Assembly (NCBI GenBank): GCA_031552815.1
Contig: JAVBMG010000003.1
Coordinates: forward strand, 24,100 to 88,099
DNA length: 64,000 nucleotides
Reading direction: 5' to 3'
DNA from: Opitutales bacterium
GTDB taxonomy: Bacteria > Verrucomicrobiota > Verrucomicrobiia > Opitutales > JAVBMG01
This document shows positions 51,701 through 61,970 of this stretch, one piece after another. A program made the position numbers and the translations under genes. A model generated the notes under the pieces. That model was not told where the DNA came from and did not search any database. It saw only the letters and a program-made list of their open reading frames with translations. Within the stretch, counting starts at the first letter, position 1. Each line of letters begins with the position of its first letter.

Positions 51701-52450
51701 TTAAAATCGAAGAAACATGAATACGAGGACAAACGGAAGCATGACGATTTCGATGAAGAGAATGCCAAGGATCACGCTGAAAAATGCGCGCCAGGTACCG
51801 AAGCGTTGCGCTTCGGCAAGGCATTTGAGAAAAGCGACAATCGCCCAGATAACCATGATGGTGATCACTGACTGTATGATTTGAAGCATGATGGAAGGTT
51901 CTGCCTGTGTTGTGCTTTGCTGCGTCGAAAGTATCTGAAACAGGGCGTCGGGATCACTGATGGAGTTCAGCATTTCAAAACCGAACTGTGATTTGGGAAA
52001 CAATTCCTGTCCGAAAATAAGGTAGGACGGGATAATCAATGCTACCATCCACACGGCGATAATATTGCTCCAGGTCAATGCCAGCAATACCTCGCGCGTT
52101 GAGGCCTGTCCTCCCAGGATTCTTCCGCTCCATTTAAAAACGAATGCGAGTACATAGAGGAATCCGGCGGCAAAAAATATGAGTCCCAATGCTACCGCGG
52201 CGAGAATAACCGATGTCTGGATGCGCTCGGTGAGCGTCGCGCTGTTTTGCAGCATGGTGTTTATGGTGAGAACAACAGCAAAGAGAAGCACGACAACAAA
52301 GATTTTGCTGTCAGGGGCATTTTTATTCTCGTCTAAAATCTGACGCATGGTTTTACGCGGTCTTACCCACATGGAGAACCAAGGATTCAGTTTTTCTTGC
52401 GAAGGTTGCAGAACGGCATCATTTTCGCCGTGCGTATCATCCTTTTTCAT
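51701..52450 (-). CDS. Yip1-family membrane protein (tandem paralog)
   Basis: NPWFSMWVRPRKTMRQIL, ILGGQAS, LKCLAEAQRF. Confidence 0.75.
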   Translation of the reverse strand: MKKDDTHGENDAVLQPSQEKLNPWFSMWVRPRKTMRQILDENKNAPDSKIFVVVLLFAVVLTINTMLQNSATLTERIQTSVILAAVALGLIFFAAGFLYVLAFVFKWSGRILGGQASTREVLLALTWSNIIAVWMVALIIPSYLIFGQELFPKSQFGFEMLNSISDPDALFQILSTQQSTTQAEPSIMLQIIQSVITIMVIWAIVAFLKCLAEAQRFGTWRAFFSVILGILFIEIVMLPFVLVFMFLRF

Positions 52451-52614
52451 AAGTAAAAATTTAAGTAAAACGGCAGAATAGGCAATGTATATTCATGAAT
52501 AATTGATATCGGAAAAGCATGTCGGCAGGAAGCTATATGCAGTAAGCGTATGCAGTTTCTTTATTCGGGGATTGTCGATTTATCAGGATAATGTAGACTA
52601 TGCTGATTTTTATT

Positions 52615-53895
52615 ATGCCTGAGTTTAATTTATTTTTAAGCATTGCCTTGGCCTTACTATTGACACGGGTTTTGTGTCAGCTTGTCCTGAACCGGTTAAA
52701 CATGGCTTTTGTAAGGAAGCATGAACATGCGATACCGGAGTCATTCCGCGCAACAATGGACATGGATACTTATAAAAAGGCGGTAGCATACACGCTTGCC
52801 AAAGGCCGTTTTTCGGCGGTGAGTACGATCTTCGACGCGTTTGTTTTATTGTTTGTTTTATTTAGCGGATTGTTGCCGCGTGCTTACGAATGCCTGAGCG
52901 GTCTCCTGGGTTATGGCGTATGGGCGCAGTCGGGCATATTGATCATCATTGCGGTTGTGATCGGATTACTTGATTTACCTTTGGAGCTTTGGGAAACATT
53001 CCGATTGGAAGATAAATTCGGATTCAATAAAATGACCGTGAAATTGTGGATCGCCGACAAGATCAAGGGAGCGATTATCGGATTGGTGTTGGCGCTTCCT
53101 TTGCTGGCCATGCTTTTATGGGTGTTTAAATCATTACCGGATACTTGGTGGATCTGGGGATTCGGCCTGTTTTTTTCTTTCCAGCTTATCATGATGGTTG
53201 TTTATCCCATGTGGATCATGCCGCTCTTCAATAAATTTGAACCGTTACCGGAAGGAGAACTGCGCAATGCGTTGATCGCTCTCGGCGACAAAACCGGATT
53301 CAGGTCAAAGACCATTTTAGTGATGGATGGCAGCAAGCGTTCAGGGCATTCCAACGCATTTTTTACGGGATTCGGACGCTATCGCCGGATCGTGCTTTTT
53401 GATACGCTTGTTGAGCAACTGACAACTAAGGAACTGGAAGCAGTTCTTGCCCATGAAATTGGCCATTACAAGTGCGGGCATATCCCGAAAATGTTAATCC
53501 GGGCTGCTGTTTTCGGTTTGGCCTTGTTTGCGGTCCTGGGATGGCTGGTGAAACAGGCGTGGTTTGCCGGTAGCTTTGGATTTCATGTTGCCGCCAATGC
53601 AGACGGTAGCACGATGAGTCTGGTTCCGTCACTCTTCCTTTTTTCCGTGCTGAGCGGACTTGTCTTCTTTTGGATAAATCCCTTGATGAACGGCATTTCG
53701 CGTAAGCATGAGTACGAGGCGGATGCTTTTGCGAAAAAAGCATTGGACGGCGATCCGCAGCCATTGATCGGGGCATTGCGGAAGTTATCCAAGGAAAACC
53801 TGAGCAATTTGACGCCTGCTCCGCTCTACAGTGCATTTTATTATTCGCACCCGACGTTATTTGAGCGCGAAAATGCCTTGTTAACACAGGAATAG
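52615..53895 (+). CDS. M48 (Ste24p-like) membrane metallopeptidase
   Basis: DGSKRSGHSNAFFTG, RIVLFDTL, HEIGH, EYEAD, YSHP. Confidence 0.92.
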   Translation: MPEFNLFLSIALALLLTRVLCQLVLNRLNMAFVRKHEHAIPESFRATMDMDTYKKAVAYTLAKGRFSAVSTIFDAFVLLFVLFSGLLPRAYECLSGLLGYGVWAQSGILIIIAVVIGLLDLPLELWETFRLEDKFGFNKMTVKLWIADKIKGAIIGLVLALPLLAMLLWVFKSLPDTWWIWGFGLFFSFQLIMMVVYPMWIMPLFNKFEPLPEGELRNALIALGDKTGFRSKTILVMDGSKRSGHSNAFFTGFGRYRRIVLFDTLVEQLTTKELEAVLAHEIGHYKCGHIPKMLIRAAVFGLALFAVLGWLVKQAWFAGSFGFHVAANADGSTMSLVPSLFLFSVLSGLVFFWINPLMNGISRKHEYEADAFAKKALDGDPQPLIGALRKLSKENLSNLTPAPLYSAFYYSHPTLFERENALLTQE

Positions 53896-53906
53896 AGGGC
53901 GGATCA

Positions 53907-53944
53907 AATAAAAAAGACCGGATGTGCATCCGGTCTTTTTTATT
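53907..53944. terminator. Bidirectional terminator
   Basis: AATAAAAAAGACCGGATG-TG-CATCCGGTCTTTTTATT. Confidence 0.85.
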
Positions 53945-53960
53945 TGTTTAAAGCCTGTGG

Positions 53961-54524
53961 TCAGATCGTCATCAACTCTTTTTCTTTTACCGCGAGTTGC
54001 TTGGCGATTTGGTCAACGGCAGCATCATGGAATTTTTGAATGTCTTTTTCCATACGCTTCAGATCGTCCTCCGTGATTTGTCCGTCTTTCTGCAATTTCT
54101 TAAGCGCTTCCATACCGTCGCGGCGTGCAGCGCGTATGCCTACGCGTCCGTTTTCACCGACGCCGTGCGTGATTTTCACCATTTCCTGACGGCGTTCGCG
54201 GCTGAGTTCAGGGAGCGGGCAACGGACCTTGTCTCCCATAACGGATGGGTTGATCCCGATGTTTGCTGTCTGAATCGCTTTTTCCACCGCTTTAAGCAGT
54301 CCTTTGTCCCAAGGAGTTACCGCGATCGTGCGTGCGTCGGGTGTGGTGATAGCTGCGATGTCCCTGAGGCGGCTTGCGCTGCCGTAGGCTTCTACCATCA
54401 CGTTTTCAACCATGGCAGGGGAGGCTTTGCCCGTATGCATGGCGGCGATTTCTTTGAAAGCATGCTCAACGGCTTTATCCATTTCAGCTTTGGTTTTTTT
54501 CAGGACTGGGTCTGCTGCGCTCAT
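53961..54524 (-). CDS. frr: Ribosome recycling factor
   Basis: HTGKASP, VEAYG, PWDK, LPELSRERR, KEKELMTI. Confidence 0.95.
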   Translation of the reverse strand: MSAADPVLKKTKAEMDKAVEHAFKEIAAMHTGKASPAMVENVMVEAYGSASRLRDIAAITTPDARTIAVTPWDKGLLKAVEKAIQTANIGINPSVMGDKVRCPLPELSRERRQEMVKITHGVGENGRVGIRAARRDGMEALKKLQKDGQITEDDLKRMEKDIQKFHDAAVDQIAKQLAVKEKELMTI

Positions 54525-54560
54525 GTTTATCAATAAAGGTTGTTTACAGGTTAATTTTAC

Positions 54561-55301
54561 TTAGGCGTGAACGAGTGTTCCGACTTTCTGTCCGAGGATG
54601 GCCCTGCGGATGTTTCCGGTTCCGTTCATTTGAAACACCAAGATAGGCATGTTGTTGTCCATGCACAATGAAAAAGCGGTGGCATCCATGACTTCGAGGC
54701 GTTCGTTAAGGCAGTCCATGAAGGAAAGCTCTTCGTATTTTTGGGCATCCTGGAACTTCATCGGGTCCTTATTATAGATGCCATCAACCTTGGTTGCCTT
54801 GAAAATAATGTCGGCGCCGATTTCATTCGCTCTCAACGCAGCCGTCGTATCCGTCGAGAAATAGGGATTACCGGTTCCGGCGGCGAAAATGACGATGCGT
54901 CCTTTTTCCAGGTGGCGGACGGCACGGCGGAGTATGAATGGTTCTGCGATGCGTTCCATCGGAATCGCGCTCTGCACCCGTGTTGCGACTCCCATCTGTT
55001 CAAGGCAATCCATCAACGCAAGGGAATTGATGACTGTTGCGAGCATGCCCATGTGATCACCGGTCGTGCGGTTGACGCCTTTATTACGCGCTCCTGCAAG
55101 ACCGCGGAAGATGTTGCCGCCGCCCACGACAAGGCCGATCTGAACACCGAGGTTGTGGATTTCTTTTACTGAGTTGCAAATACGGCGCAGGACTTTGTCG
55201 TCAAGGGCATCACCATTGTCATTGTTGCGTAACACCTCACCGCTCAGTTTGAGGATGATGCGTTTATACATTGGTTTTTCAGTTTGTATTTCTGAACTCA
55301 T
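54561..55301 (-). CDS. pyrH: UMP kinase
   Basis: KLSGE, VGGGNIFRG, DHMGMLAT, GTGNPYFSTD, VMDATAF. Confidence 0.97.
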   Translation of the reverse strand: MSSEIQTEKPMYKRIILKLSGEVLRNNDNGDALDDKVLRRICNSVKEIHNLGVQIGLVVGGGNIFRGLAGARNKGVNRTTGDHMGMLATVINSLALMDCLEQMGVATRVQSAIPMERIAEPFILRRAVRHLEKGRIVIFAAGTGNPYFSTDTTAALRANEIGADIIFKATKVDGIYNKDPMKFQDAQKYEELSFMDCLNERLEVMDATAFSLCMDNNMPILVFQMNGTGNIRRAILGQKVGTLVHA

Positions 55302-55375
55302 AAGATGAATCGTTGCAGATGGATATAAAATAACCCATTCGGACGAATGGGTTATGAAAAGAAAAAATCTGACTG

Positions 55376-55855
55376 TTAATTACTTGCAAAGTGCTTGGCG
55401 ATCTGGTCGTTAACGTACTTAAGCTCGTACTTGTCCAGTTTGCCCTTGGATGACTGATCCTTTGCCCATGCGGTAGCTTCCTTCATTTGCTCGAAACGGT
55501 CACCTTTTGTATCGGCAGCTCCGGCAACATAATCACAGATAAGGAATGCATTGATCACGCGGGGAGAAAGTGTGCCGTAGCCCATAATGGATGTGCCGGT
55601 AGGATCATTTTCAACTTTTTGTTCAATATCCTGAAAACCTTCACGCTTGATAACAACGTCATAGCTGCCTTTTCGAGAAAGGGTTACGTCAACAGGTGTT
55701 TTTCCTTCGACAAGCGCGCCGTTTACATAAACTGTTGCACCCTTAGGGAAAGAGTCAACACGGACGTCTTGTGTACCACTGCCTTCGATCGCTTTACATC
55801 CTGCAAGGGAAATAAGGACAGAGGCGAGAATTCCAGCGAGATATGTTTTTTTCAT
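55376..55855 (-). CDS. PEGA-domain lipoprotein
   Basis: Lipobox LAGC; VDSFPKGATVYVNG..GKTP..YDVVIKREGF. Hairpin at ~55330-55355 downstream. Confidence 0.78.
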   Translation of the reverse strand: MKKTYLAGILASVLISLAGCKAIEGSGTQDVRVDSFPKGATVYVNGALVEGKTPVDVTLSRKGSYDVVIKREGFQDIEQKVENDPTGTSIMGYGTLSPRVINAFLICDYVAGAADTKGDRFEQMKEATAWAKDQSSKGKLDKYELKYVNDQIAKHFASN

Positions 55856-55973
55856 AAATGTTTAAAATTGAAAAGGTAAATAAACTGACAACTTATGTAG
55901 CTTTTTTAGGGGTAGCTAGTCAACTCTATATTTTTGTTGCTGTTTTCTTTTTTTGAGAAAAACTTTATGCGCT

Positions 55974-56933
55974 ATGAAATGGGGCACGGTAAAGACGTTT
56001 GTTACAGTATTACTCATCTGTTCGGCGGGTTTCGGGGCAGGAAATGTATGGGGGCAGGAGCCGGCAAAGGCATCCAATGCGGTTTCCCTGAGCGATCAGC
56101 AGCTTTCTGATCTTGCTGACCGTCACCAGAAACTGATCGAAAAGCTGGGAAACCGGGAAAAACAGGAACTGACTTCCTCGGAATTTACGGAATTGCAGGC
56201 TCTGATCCACGATTATGAAAGTTTCCTGTTGCGGAATCAGGAGAATGTGACCGCCTACCTGCTTTTCGGTAAATTACTGCGTTCCGTCGGGCAGGCAAAG
56301 GATGCTTTCATGGTGTTTTTGAAGGTCGATAAGATCGACCCGAATATTGCGGTCGTAAAACAGCAACTGGGCAATTATTTCGTGGAAACAGGAAAATGGC
56401 AGGCAGCTTATCCCTTTTTTCAGGCAGCGGTTGATTTGGCCCCCAAGGAAGCCATTTATCATTTCCAGTTGGGTGAGTATCTTTTGCTTTATCACGATCT
56501 GATCGTCGAAGACGGTATTCTGAGTGAAGAGGCGATAAAGAAAACCACGCGGGGCGCTTTTGAAAAAGCATCGGAGCTTGAACCGGAAAACATGGATTAT
56601 CTTTTCCGTACCGCAGAATGCCTTGAGGAAGAACATGATCCTGATTGGAAGTTGATTCTTGAAAGCTGGGACCGGATTCTTCCTGGATGTAAAACCGATC
56701 TCAGAAAACAGGCTGCGTCTATTCATAAGGCACGTGCTTTATTCGAACTGAAGCATGACGGGGACGCGAAAAAAATACTGGAAGAAGTTCGCTTGCCTGT
56801 CCTGCAGGAAACAAAAAAGAATCTGCTTGAACGGTATGATAAAAAAACATCCGAACAGGATGCAAAGAAAGAGCCGGAAAAAAGCGATATGCAGGAAAAC
56901 AGTGCTCGCGTGAACATGGACGGCAAGGTCTGA
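55974..56933 (+). CDS. Tetratricopeptide repeat protein, secreted
   Basis: Signal peptide; TPR-like AYPFFQAAVDLAPKEAIYHFQLG and FEKASELEPEN. Confidence 0.75.
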   Translation: MKWGTVKTFVTVLLICSAGFGAGNVWGQEPAKASNAVSLSDQQLSDLADRHQKLIEKLGNREKQELTSSEFTELQALIHDYESFLLRNQENVTAYLLFGKLLRSVGQAKDAFMVFLKVDKIDPNIAVVKQQLGNYFVETGKWQAAYPFFQAAVDLAPKEAIYHFQLGEYLLLYHDLIVEDGILSEEAIKKTTRGAFEKASELEPENMDYLFRTAECLEEEHDPDWKLILESWDRILPGCKTDLRKQAASIHKARALFELKHDGDAKKILEEVRLPVLQETKKNLLERYDKKTSEQDAKKEPEKSDMQENSARVNMDGKV

Positions 56934-56984
56934 AAACCTTCCTGTTTTTTTGCAAAAAAATAAGTTTTGGTATATTTAAAACCG

Positions 56985-58829
56985 ATGAAACTGGAATTAC
57001 TCGCACCCGCAAAAAATCTTGAGCAAGGCATCCTTGCTGTTAATTGCGGAGCGGATGCTGTCTATATCGGGGCCGATCGGTTCGGTGCGCGTACGGCAGT
57101 CGGTAATACTGTCCAGGATATTGAGAAGCTTGTGGCTCATGCTCATCGTTATTGGGCGAAGGTATTTGTAGCGTTCAACACCATCCTTTACGATAATGAG
57201 TTGGAGGAAGCCGGGAAGCTCATCTGGCAGCTTCATGCCGCCGGTGTTGATGCCCTGATCATTCAGGACATGGGTATTCTGGAAATGAATCTTCCGAAGA
57301 TACCGTTGCATGCAAGTACCCAGACTTTTATTACCGAGCCTGAGAAGGCGGTATTTCTGGAAAAGCAGGGCTTTGAGCGTCTCATTCTTGCGCGCGAGTT
57401 GTCGCTTGACCAGATCAGGGAAATCCGGAAAAAAACCACGGTTGAACTGGAGGCGTTTGTTCACGGGGCGCTTTGTGTCTGTTTCAGCGGACAGTGTTAC
57501 TTCAGCCAGGCCGTCTGCCGCAGAAGCGGAAATCGCGGCGAATGCTGTCAGGCCTGTCGCTACAAATATGATCTGGAAGATTCATCCGGAAGATGTCTTT
57601 TACATAATAAACATCTGTTATCACTGCATGATTACAATTTGTCCGATTATTTACCGCAGCTTATTGAGGCAGGGATCAGTTCATTCAAGATAGAAGGGCG
57701 GCTCAAGGATGCCGATTACATCAAGAATGTCGTGCCTTTTTACCGGAAAAAACTGGATGCCGCTCTGGCGAAGTATCCGTCATTGCATACAAGGGCTTCT
57801 TCCGGAATCGTGGAGACCAGTTTCCAACCAAAACCCGAAGAAACGTTTAATCGTGGGTTTACCCATTATTTCATTGAAGGGAAACGGCATCCGATCGCCA
57901 ATTTCTCTGCGGCGACATTTATCGGAAACAAAATCGGAAAGGTGAAATCATTGGGCCGCGATTGTTTTGTTTTTGACGGTAACGTGGCTTTGGCAAACGG
58001 GGACGGAATCTCATTCTTTGACAAGTCCGGGAAGCTGCACGGTAGCAACGTGAATAATGTGCTTGATGACAAAGTGTATCTCCAGTCAATGGAAGGGCTT
58101 GTGAACGGTGCGGAGATTTATCGCAATTTCAACCGTCTTTTCCTGAAGGAACTCGATCAGGGAACCGTGGAAAGGCTGATCGACGTCGATTTTGAACTTT
58201 TTGAATGCAATGGGAGGATATGCGTAAAGGGCTGTGACGAGGACTGTATTTCTGCCGAAGTCGAACTGGATGTCCCGGTAACATTTGCGAACGATGATCG
58301 CAAAGGGATGGAGATGATCCGGAAACAGTTGTCGAGGACGGGCGGCAGTATCTTCCGTTGCCGGAATGTTTTCCTGCCGGAATCCGGCGTGTATTTTATC
58401 CCCGCAAGTGTTTTGAACCAGGTGCGCCGGGATATTCTTTCCGCTTTGGAGAAAAAACGGATGCAGCAGCTGTCGCCGTCGGGAGTTGTCACGGTTCGTG
58501 ACGAAAACTATCCGTATTCTTTGGGAGAAAACCTGAATTATCAGGCAAACGTGTCCAACCGTCTGGCAAAGCAGTTTTATCTCAAGCATGGCGTGAAGAC
58601 GATAGAGCCTGCCTTTGAATTGCAGAACCATGTTACCGGCAAAGTGATCATGACAACAAGGCACTGCATCAAATATGAATGCGGTCTTTGTCCAAGGCAT
58701 AAAAACCCGAATCCGGCCAATCTGCTCAAAAATGATTTTACCGAGCCGCTTTACCTGGTTAATTCGGGAAGCCGTTTCCGGCTCCGCTTTGATTGCGCAA
58801 AGTGCCAGATGGAGATTATGGCCCCGTGA
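56985..58829 (+). CDS. rlhA: U32-family protein, RlhA/YdcP type (23S rRNA hydroxylation)
   Basis: LELLAPA, GADAVYIG..FGAR, HASTQ, LARELSL, HGALCVCFSGQC, GECCQACR, SFKIEGR; long C-terminal extension. Confidence 0.75.
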   Translation: MKLELLAPAKNLEQGILAVNCGADAVYIGADRFGARTAVGNTVQDIEKLVAHAHRYWAKVFVAFNTILYDNELEEAGKLIWQLHAAGVDALIIQDMGILEMNLPKIPLHASTQTFITEPEKAVFLEKQGFERLILARELSLDQIREIRKKTTVELEAFVHGALCVCFSGQCYFSQAVCRRSGNRGECCQACRYKYDLEDSSGRCLLHNKHLLSLHDYNLSDYLPQLIEAGISSFKIEGRLKDADYIKNVVPFYRKKLDAALAKYPSLHTRASSGIVETSFQPKPEETFNRGFTHYFIEGKRHPIANFSAATFIGNKIGKVKSLGRDCFVFDGNVALANGDGISFFDKSGKLHGSNVNNVLDDKVYLQSMEGLVNGAEIYRNFNRLFLKELDQGTVERLIDVDFELFECNGRICVKGCDEDCISAEVELDVPVTFANDDRKGMEMIRKQLSRTGGSIFRCRNVFLPESGVYFIPASVLNQVRRDILSALEKKRMQQLSPSGVVTVRDENYPYSLGENLNYQANVSNRLAKQFYLKHGVKTIEPAFELQNHVTGKVIMTTRHCIKYECGLCPRHKNPNPANLLKNDFTEPLYLVNSGSRFRLRFDCAKCQMEIMAP

Positions 58830-58952
58830 GACAGACTCATCGGATGCATCGCGGAATCCTGCAAATTCTTTTTAATATTCCTGCTAAAAGAGTTGACAAG
58901 CGTTCTACAAAGCAGTTTTCTTAGCAACTTTATTTTAAGAGAGGACTTTGAC

Positions 58953-59078
58953 ATGAAAGTAGCATCATCCATTAAATCTTTGAAAAACCGTCATCCTGCA
59001 TGCCAAGTGGTACGCAGAAAGGGACGCATCTACGTTATCAACAAAATTGATCCGCGTTTCAAGGCACGCCAAGGTTAA
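58953..59078 (+). CDS. rpmJ: 50S ribosomal protein L36, zinc-independent type B
   Basis: [41 protein letters not shown]; no CxxC; GAGGA RBS. Confidence 0.93.
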   Translation: MKVASSIKSLKNRHPACQVVRRKGRIYVINKIDPRFKARQG

Positions 59079-59099
59079 TCCGTTTACTTTTTACGAAAC

Positions 59100-59345
59100 A
59101 TGAAAAGCAATATTCATCCAGAATACCATCCGGTTTGCTTCGTTGACGTTTCTTCCGGTCGCAAATTTTTGACATATTCCACGGTTAAATCCAAGGAAAA
59201 GGAAACCGTTGACGGTGTTGAGTATTACCGCATTGTTTGTGACGTAACCATGGATACGCACCCTGCGTATACCGGTGAAAAGCGTTTCGTTGACGCTGCC
59301 GGCCGCGTGGAAAAATTCCAGAACAAGTTCCGTCGCCGCAAGTAA
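59100..59345 (+). CDS. rpmE2: 50S ribosomal protein L31, type B
   Basis: MKSNIHPEYHPVCFVDVS..THPAYTGEKRFVDAAGRVEKF; no zinc-ribbon CxC/CxxC. Confidence 0.92.
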   Translation: MKSNIHPEYHPVCFVDVSSGRKFLTYSTVKSKEKETVDGVEYYRIVCDVTMDTHPAYTGEKRFVDAAGRVEKFQNKFRRRK

Positions 59346-59368
59346 TTCCGGTCAGCAAAAGCATTTCC

Positions 59369-59400
59369 AAAACCTCATGCTGTCAGGCATGGGGTTTTTT
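59369..59400 (+). terminator. Terminator after the L36-L31 operon
   Basis: AAAACCTCATGC-TGTCAG-GCATGGGGTTTTTT. Confidence 0.75.
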
Positions 59401-59450
59401 GTTATTTGCGCCGGGTATTTGATCCGTGGCGGCGATAGGATTAATGACCA

Positions 59451-60359
59451 TCAGTCTTTCCTGCTACCGTGTCTTGCGAGTTGGTAGGAATTCCAGAGAT
59501 TGTGGCAGATCACGTAAAAGGTCGGGCCAAGTGCGATAAAGGGTGAGAAGAATGTGAGGGCGACCCATAAGGTGAGCATGGTGTTTTTTTGGCCCAGCGA
59601 CTGGCTGCATTCCCGACGGAACTCCTTCTCGCCAAGAAAGAACCCAAGCACGAAATTGATGACGCAGAAAGCCGATGCTACCGCGAAAACCATGATGATG
59701 GCTTTCAGGGGGACATCGGCTTGTCTCAGAAAATGCGAACATTGGGAAAGGACAAGAAACAATACCAGTACCCAGGCGGGAAACGTCAATCGCTTTGTCC
59801 GTTGGATGATGCCTGTTTGCCCGGACGGCAGCATGCGGATCGCCCGTGACAGGACAAATGGGATACCTACCATCATTCCGCAGTAAAGCAGCAGTTTGCC
59901 GAAATCAATGCTGACTGATGCGTGGACGACTGTTTGGGAAAGGAAAGGAATCGCCAGCGCCGCGTAAATATTGCTCAGGATCATACTGGTTGCCACATAG
60001 TCGCCGCGCCTGCCAAGCATGTTGGTTATGACCATGGCGGCGGTGGCTGTCGGAGTGATACCGATGAGAAACGCAGAAATTGCCAGTTCGGCATGAAAGG
60101 ATTTTAGTAAGTAATAAGCGCCGATGCTTAGTGCCGACATCGCAATCAGGATAAGCAGATGACTTTTCTTTACCGAACCCTTGCTGAAAGAAGTATCGGA
60201 AAACGACATCAGCAGCATGAAGAATATCAGGGCCGGTATGGCGTAAGCGCCCAAGGCATGTGCCTGCGGGAAAACAGCGCCGAGGGACATCGCAAGGATA
60301 ATGGCCAGCGTGCGCTTGGTCGAAACCTCCAGCTTATGAATGAACGCAGGCAGTTTCAT
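59451..60359 (-). CDS. Bile acid:sodium symporter-like membrane transporter
   Basis: About nine TM helices, PTATAAMVIT..LG, QSLGQKNT, LGPTFYVICHNLWNS. Confidence 0.75.
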   Translation of the reverse strand: MKLPAFIHKLEVSTKRTLAIILAMSLGAVFPQAHALGAYAIPALIFFMLLMSFSDTSFSKGSVKKSHLLILIAMSALSIGAYYLLKSFHAELAISAFLIGITPTATAAMVITNMLGRRGDYVATSMILSNIYAALAIPFLSQTVVHASVSIDFGKLLLYCGMMVGIPFVLSRAIRMLPSGQTGIIQRTKRLTFPAWVLVLFLVLSQCSHFLRQADVPLKAIIMVFAVASAFCVINFVLGFFLGEKEFRRECSQSLGQKNTMLTLWVALTFFSPFIALGPTFYVICHNLWNSYQLARHGSRKD

Positions 60360-60366
60360 CGGTAAA

Positions 60367-61359
60367 TCATCTGTTCGGTAAAACCCGTTTGGCGCACAAT
60401 ACCTGGAACGCATGACCCATCTGCATGAGTAATGTCTTTATCCGTTGGGTTTCCGGATCCGGTTTTTCGGCGGTAGCATGAATGATTGTTTCAAGCAGCG
60501 TTGCCGCGTGTCGCATGAAGAAAGGACCCTGTCTGCCCAGGTCAATAGCGTGGAACCCGTGCTGTTTCAACAGCGAAGATACCTGGTCCCAGCAGACGTG
60601 AAACGTGATGTCCTGCTGTCCCGGATCTTCCAGCAGATCGTTTCCCTGGCGGTGCTTTTGGTAAGTGCGTGCAGTTCCTTCCGGCGTATGTTCGAGCAGT
60701 TCGGCAAGGCTTTTGCCGTAGTCGAACGTGATGAATAGACCTTCCCAGGGGGCCTGCAGTATCTCATTGAGCACGCTACCGTTCAGGTTTGGCAGATCCA
60801 GTTGATAGGCTTCGGAAACCGGTTCGCCGATAGGCAGGGAAGACAGTAAATCCCGTGCGCTTTCAGTCGGTTCAGCGAGCAGGCATTCCCTGAACCTGCC
60901 TTCCGCATCCAGGTAAATGCCGCGTTCCCGCCAGGCGTCCTGATGGGAAACGAAGCGGTGAAAGGGTAATGCGTCGATCAGTTCATTGGAAAAGACAATC
61001 GCCTTGGAGGGAATGGAAATCCGTTCCCCGTAACGTAGCGTAAGCACCTGCGGAAAGGGATGTGTGATGCCTGAGAGCACGGATGTTCCCGTATCCGATC
61101 CGATTTCGACAAACGTAAAATCGGAAAGCGCTTCGTCCATGATATGTTCAAGGGATGCTACCAGCAGTTTGGCAAACGTCTTTTCCATGCTGAGTGACGT
61201 ATAGAAATCCGTATCCCGATGCATGCCGATGCGATTCTTCGCTTGCCGGTAGTATCCCGATTCAGGATCGTAAAGCGCGTAATCGATGAAATCACGGTAG
61301 CTTACCGGAACCTGTGTTCCGAAATGCCGGGCAAAGCGTTCTGTGAAGGAAAGGCTCAC
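60367..61359 (-). CDS. SAM-dependent methyltransferase, MidA/NDUFAF7 family
   Basis: FIDYALYDPESGYY, DFYTS, FSNELIDALP, FDYG, PGQQDITFHV. Confidence 0.85.
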   Translation of the reverse strand: MSLSFTERFARHFGTQVPVSYRDFIDYALYDPESGYYRQAKNRIGMHRDTDFYTSLSMEKTFAKLLVASLEHIMDEALSDFTFVEIGSDTGTSVLSGITHPFPQVLTLRYGERISIPSKAIVFSNELIDALPFHRFVSHQDAWRERGIYLDAEGRFRECLLAEPTESARDLLSSLPIGEPVSEAYQLDLPNLNGSVLNEILQAPWEGLFITFDYGKSLAELLEHTPEGTARTYQKHRQGNDLLEDPGQQDITFHVCWDQVSSLLKQHGFHAIDLGRQGPFFMRHAATLLETIIHATAEKPDPETQRIKTLLMQMGHAFQVLCAKRVLPNR

Positions 61360-61361
61360 GT

Positions 61362-61970
61362 TTACTCCTGCGGGCGGTAAGTGTACGCATGGCAGAGAGC
61401 GGTTGCTATCGCATCCGATTCGTCGTCGGGCAAAGCCGCTGTCAGTCCGAGAATACTCTGTACCATTCCCGCAACCTGTTCCTTGCTTGCTCTTCCGTAA
61501 CCGACAACCGCCTGTTTTACACGGAGCGGCGGGTATTCAAAGACTTCCATGTCCAGAACCGAAACCGCGGCCATGGCGGCGCCCCGGGCGGAACCGAGGA
61601 TTTGTGCCGTTTGAAAATTCTGGACATAAATCGTCTGTTCGACGGCGGCATGGCGGACCTTGTATTTTTTCATGGCTTCGCTCACCCGGATGAAAATACG
61701 TCCCAGGCAGGTTGCCATGCTTTGTGTCGGCGGTATGCTGATCGTTTCGCTGGCCAGGAGTTTTGGCGGCTTGCCTGCCTGGAATTCCAGCACCGCCAGA
61801 CCTGTCGCACGCAGGCTCGGGTCAATGCCGATAATCACTCCTTCGTAAGGAACACGGTTGAAACGGGAATCCGTTCTTGCCGTCTCTTTGTTTCCTTTCC
61901 GTTTGGCGGTAGCATCCGCTTCATTGTTTATGAAGTTTGCCCATAACTGTCTTGAGGATTTGCGTGCCAT
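61362..61970 (-). CDS. ruvC: Holliday junction resolvase RuvC with N-terminal extension
   Basis: IIGIDPS, AVEQ, GSARG, EYPP..VKQAVVGYGRASKEQV, DESDAIATALCH. Confidence 0.95.
   Translation of the reverse strand: MARKSSRQLWANFINNEADATAKRKGNKETARTDSRFNRVPYEGVIIGIDPSLRATGLAVLEFQAGKPPKLLASETISIPPTQSMATCLGRIFIRVSEAMKKYKVRHAAVEQTIYVQNFQTAQILGSARGAAMAAVSVLDMEVFEYPPLRVKQAVVGYGRASKEQVAGMVQSILGLTAALPDDESDAIATALCHAYTYRPQE

Noticed and set aside
53961-55855. pyrH-frr not preceded by rpsB-tsf
   Set aside because: Simple gene-order variation, common among bacteria.
52790-59674. 6.9-kb gap without an exact motif copy, as evidence of foreign DNA
   Set aside because: It contains core genes (pyrH, frr, ribosomal proteins) and many one-mismatch variants; about one such gap is expected by chance at this density.
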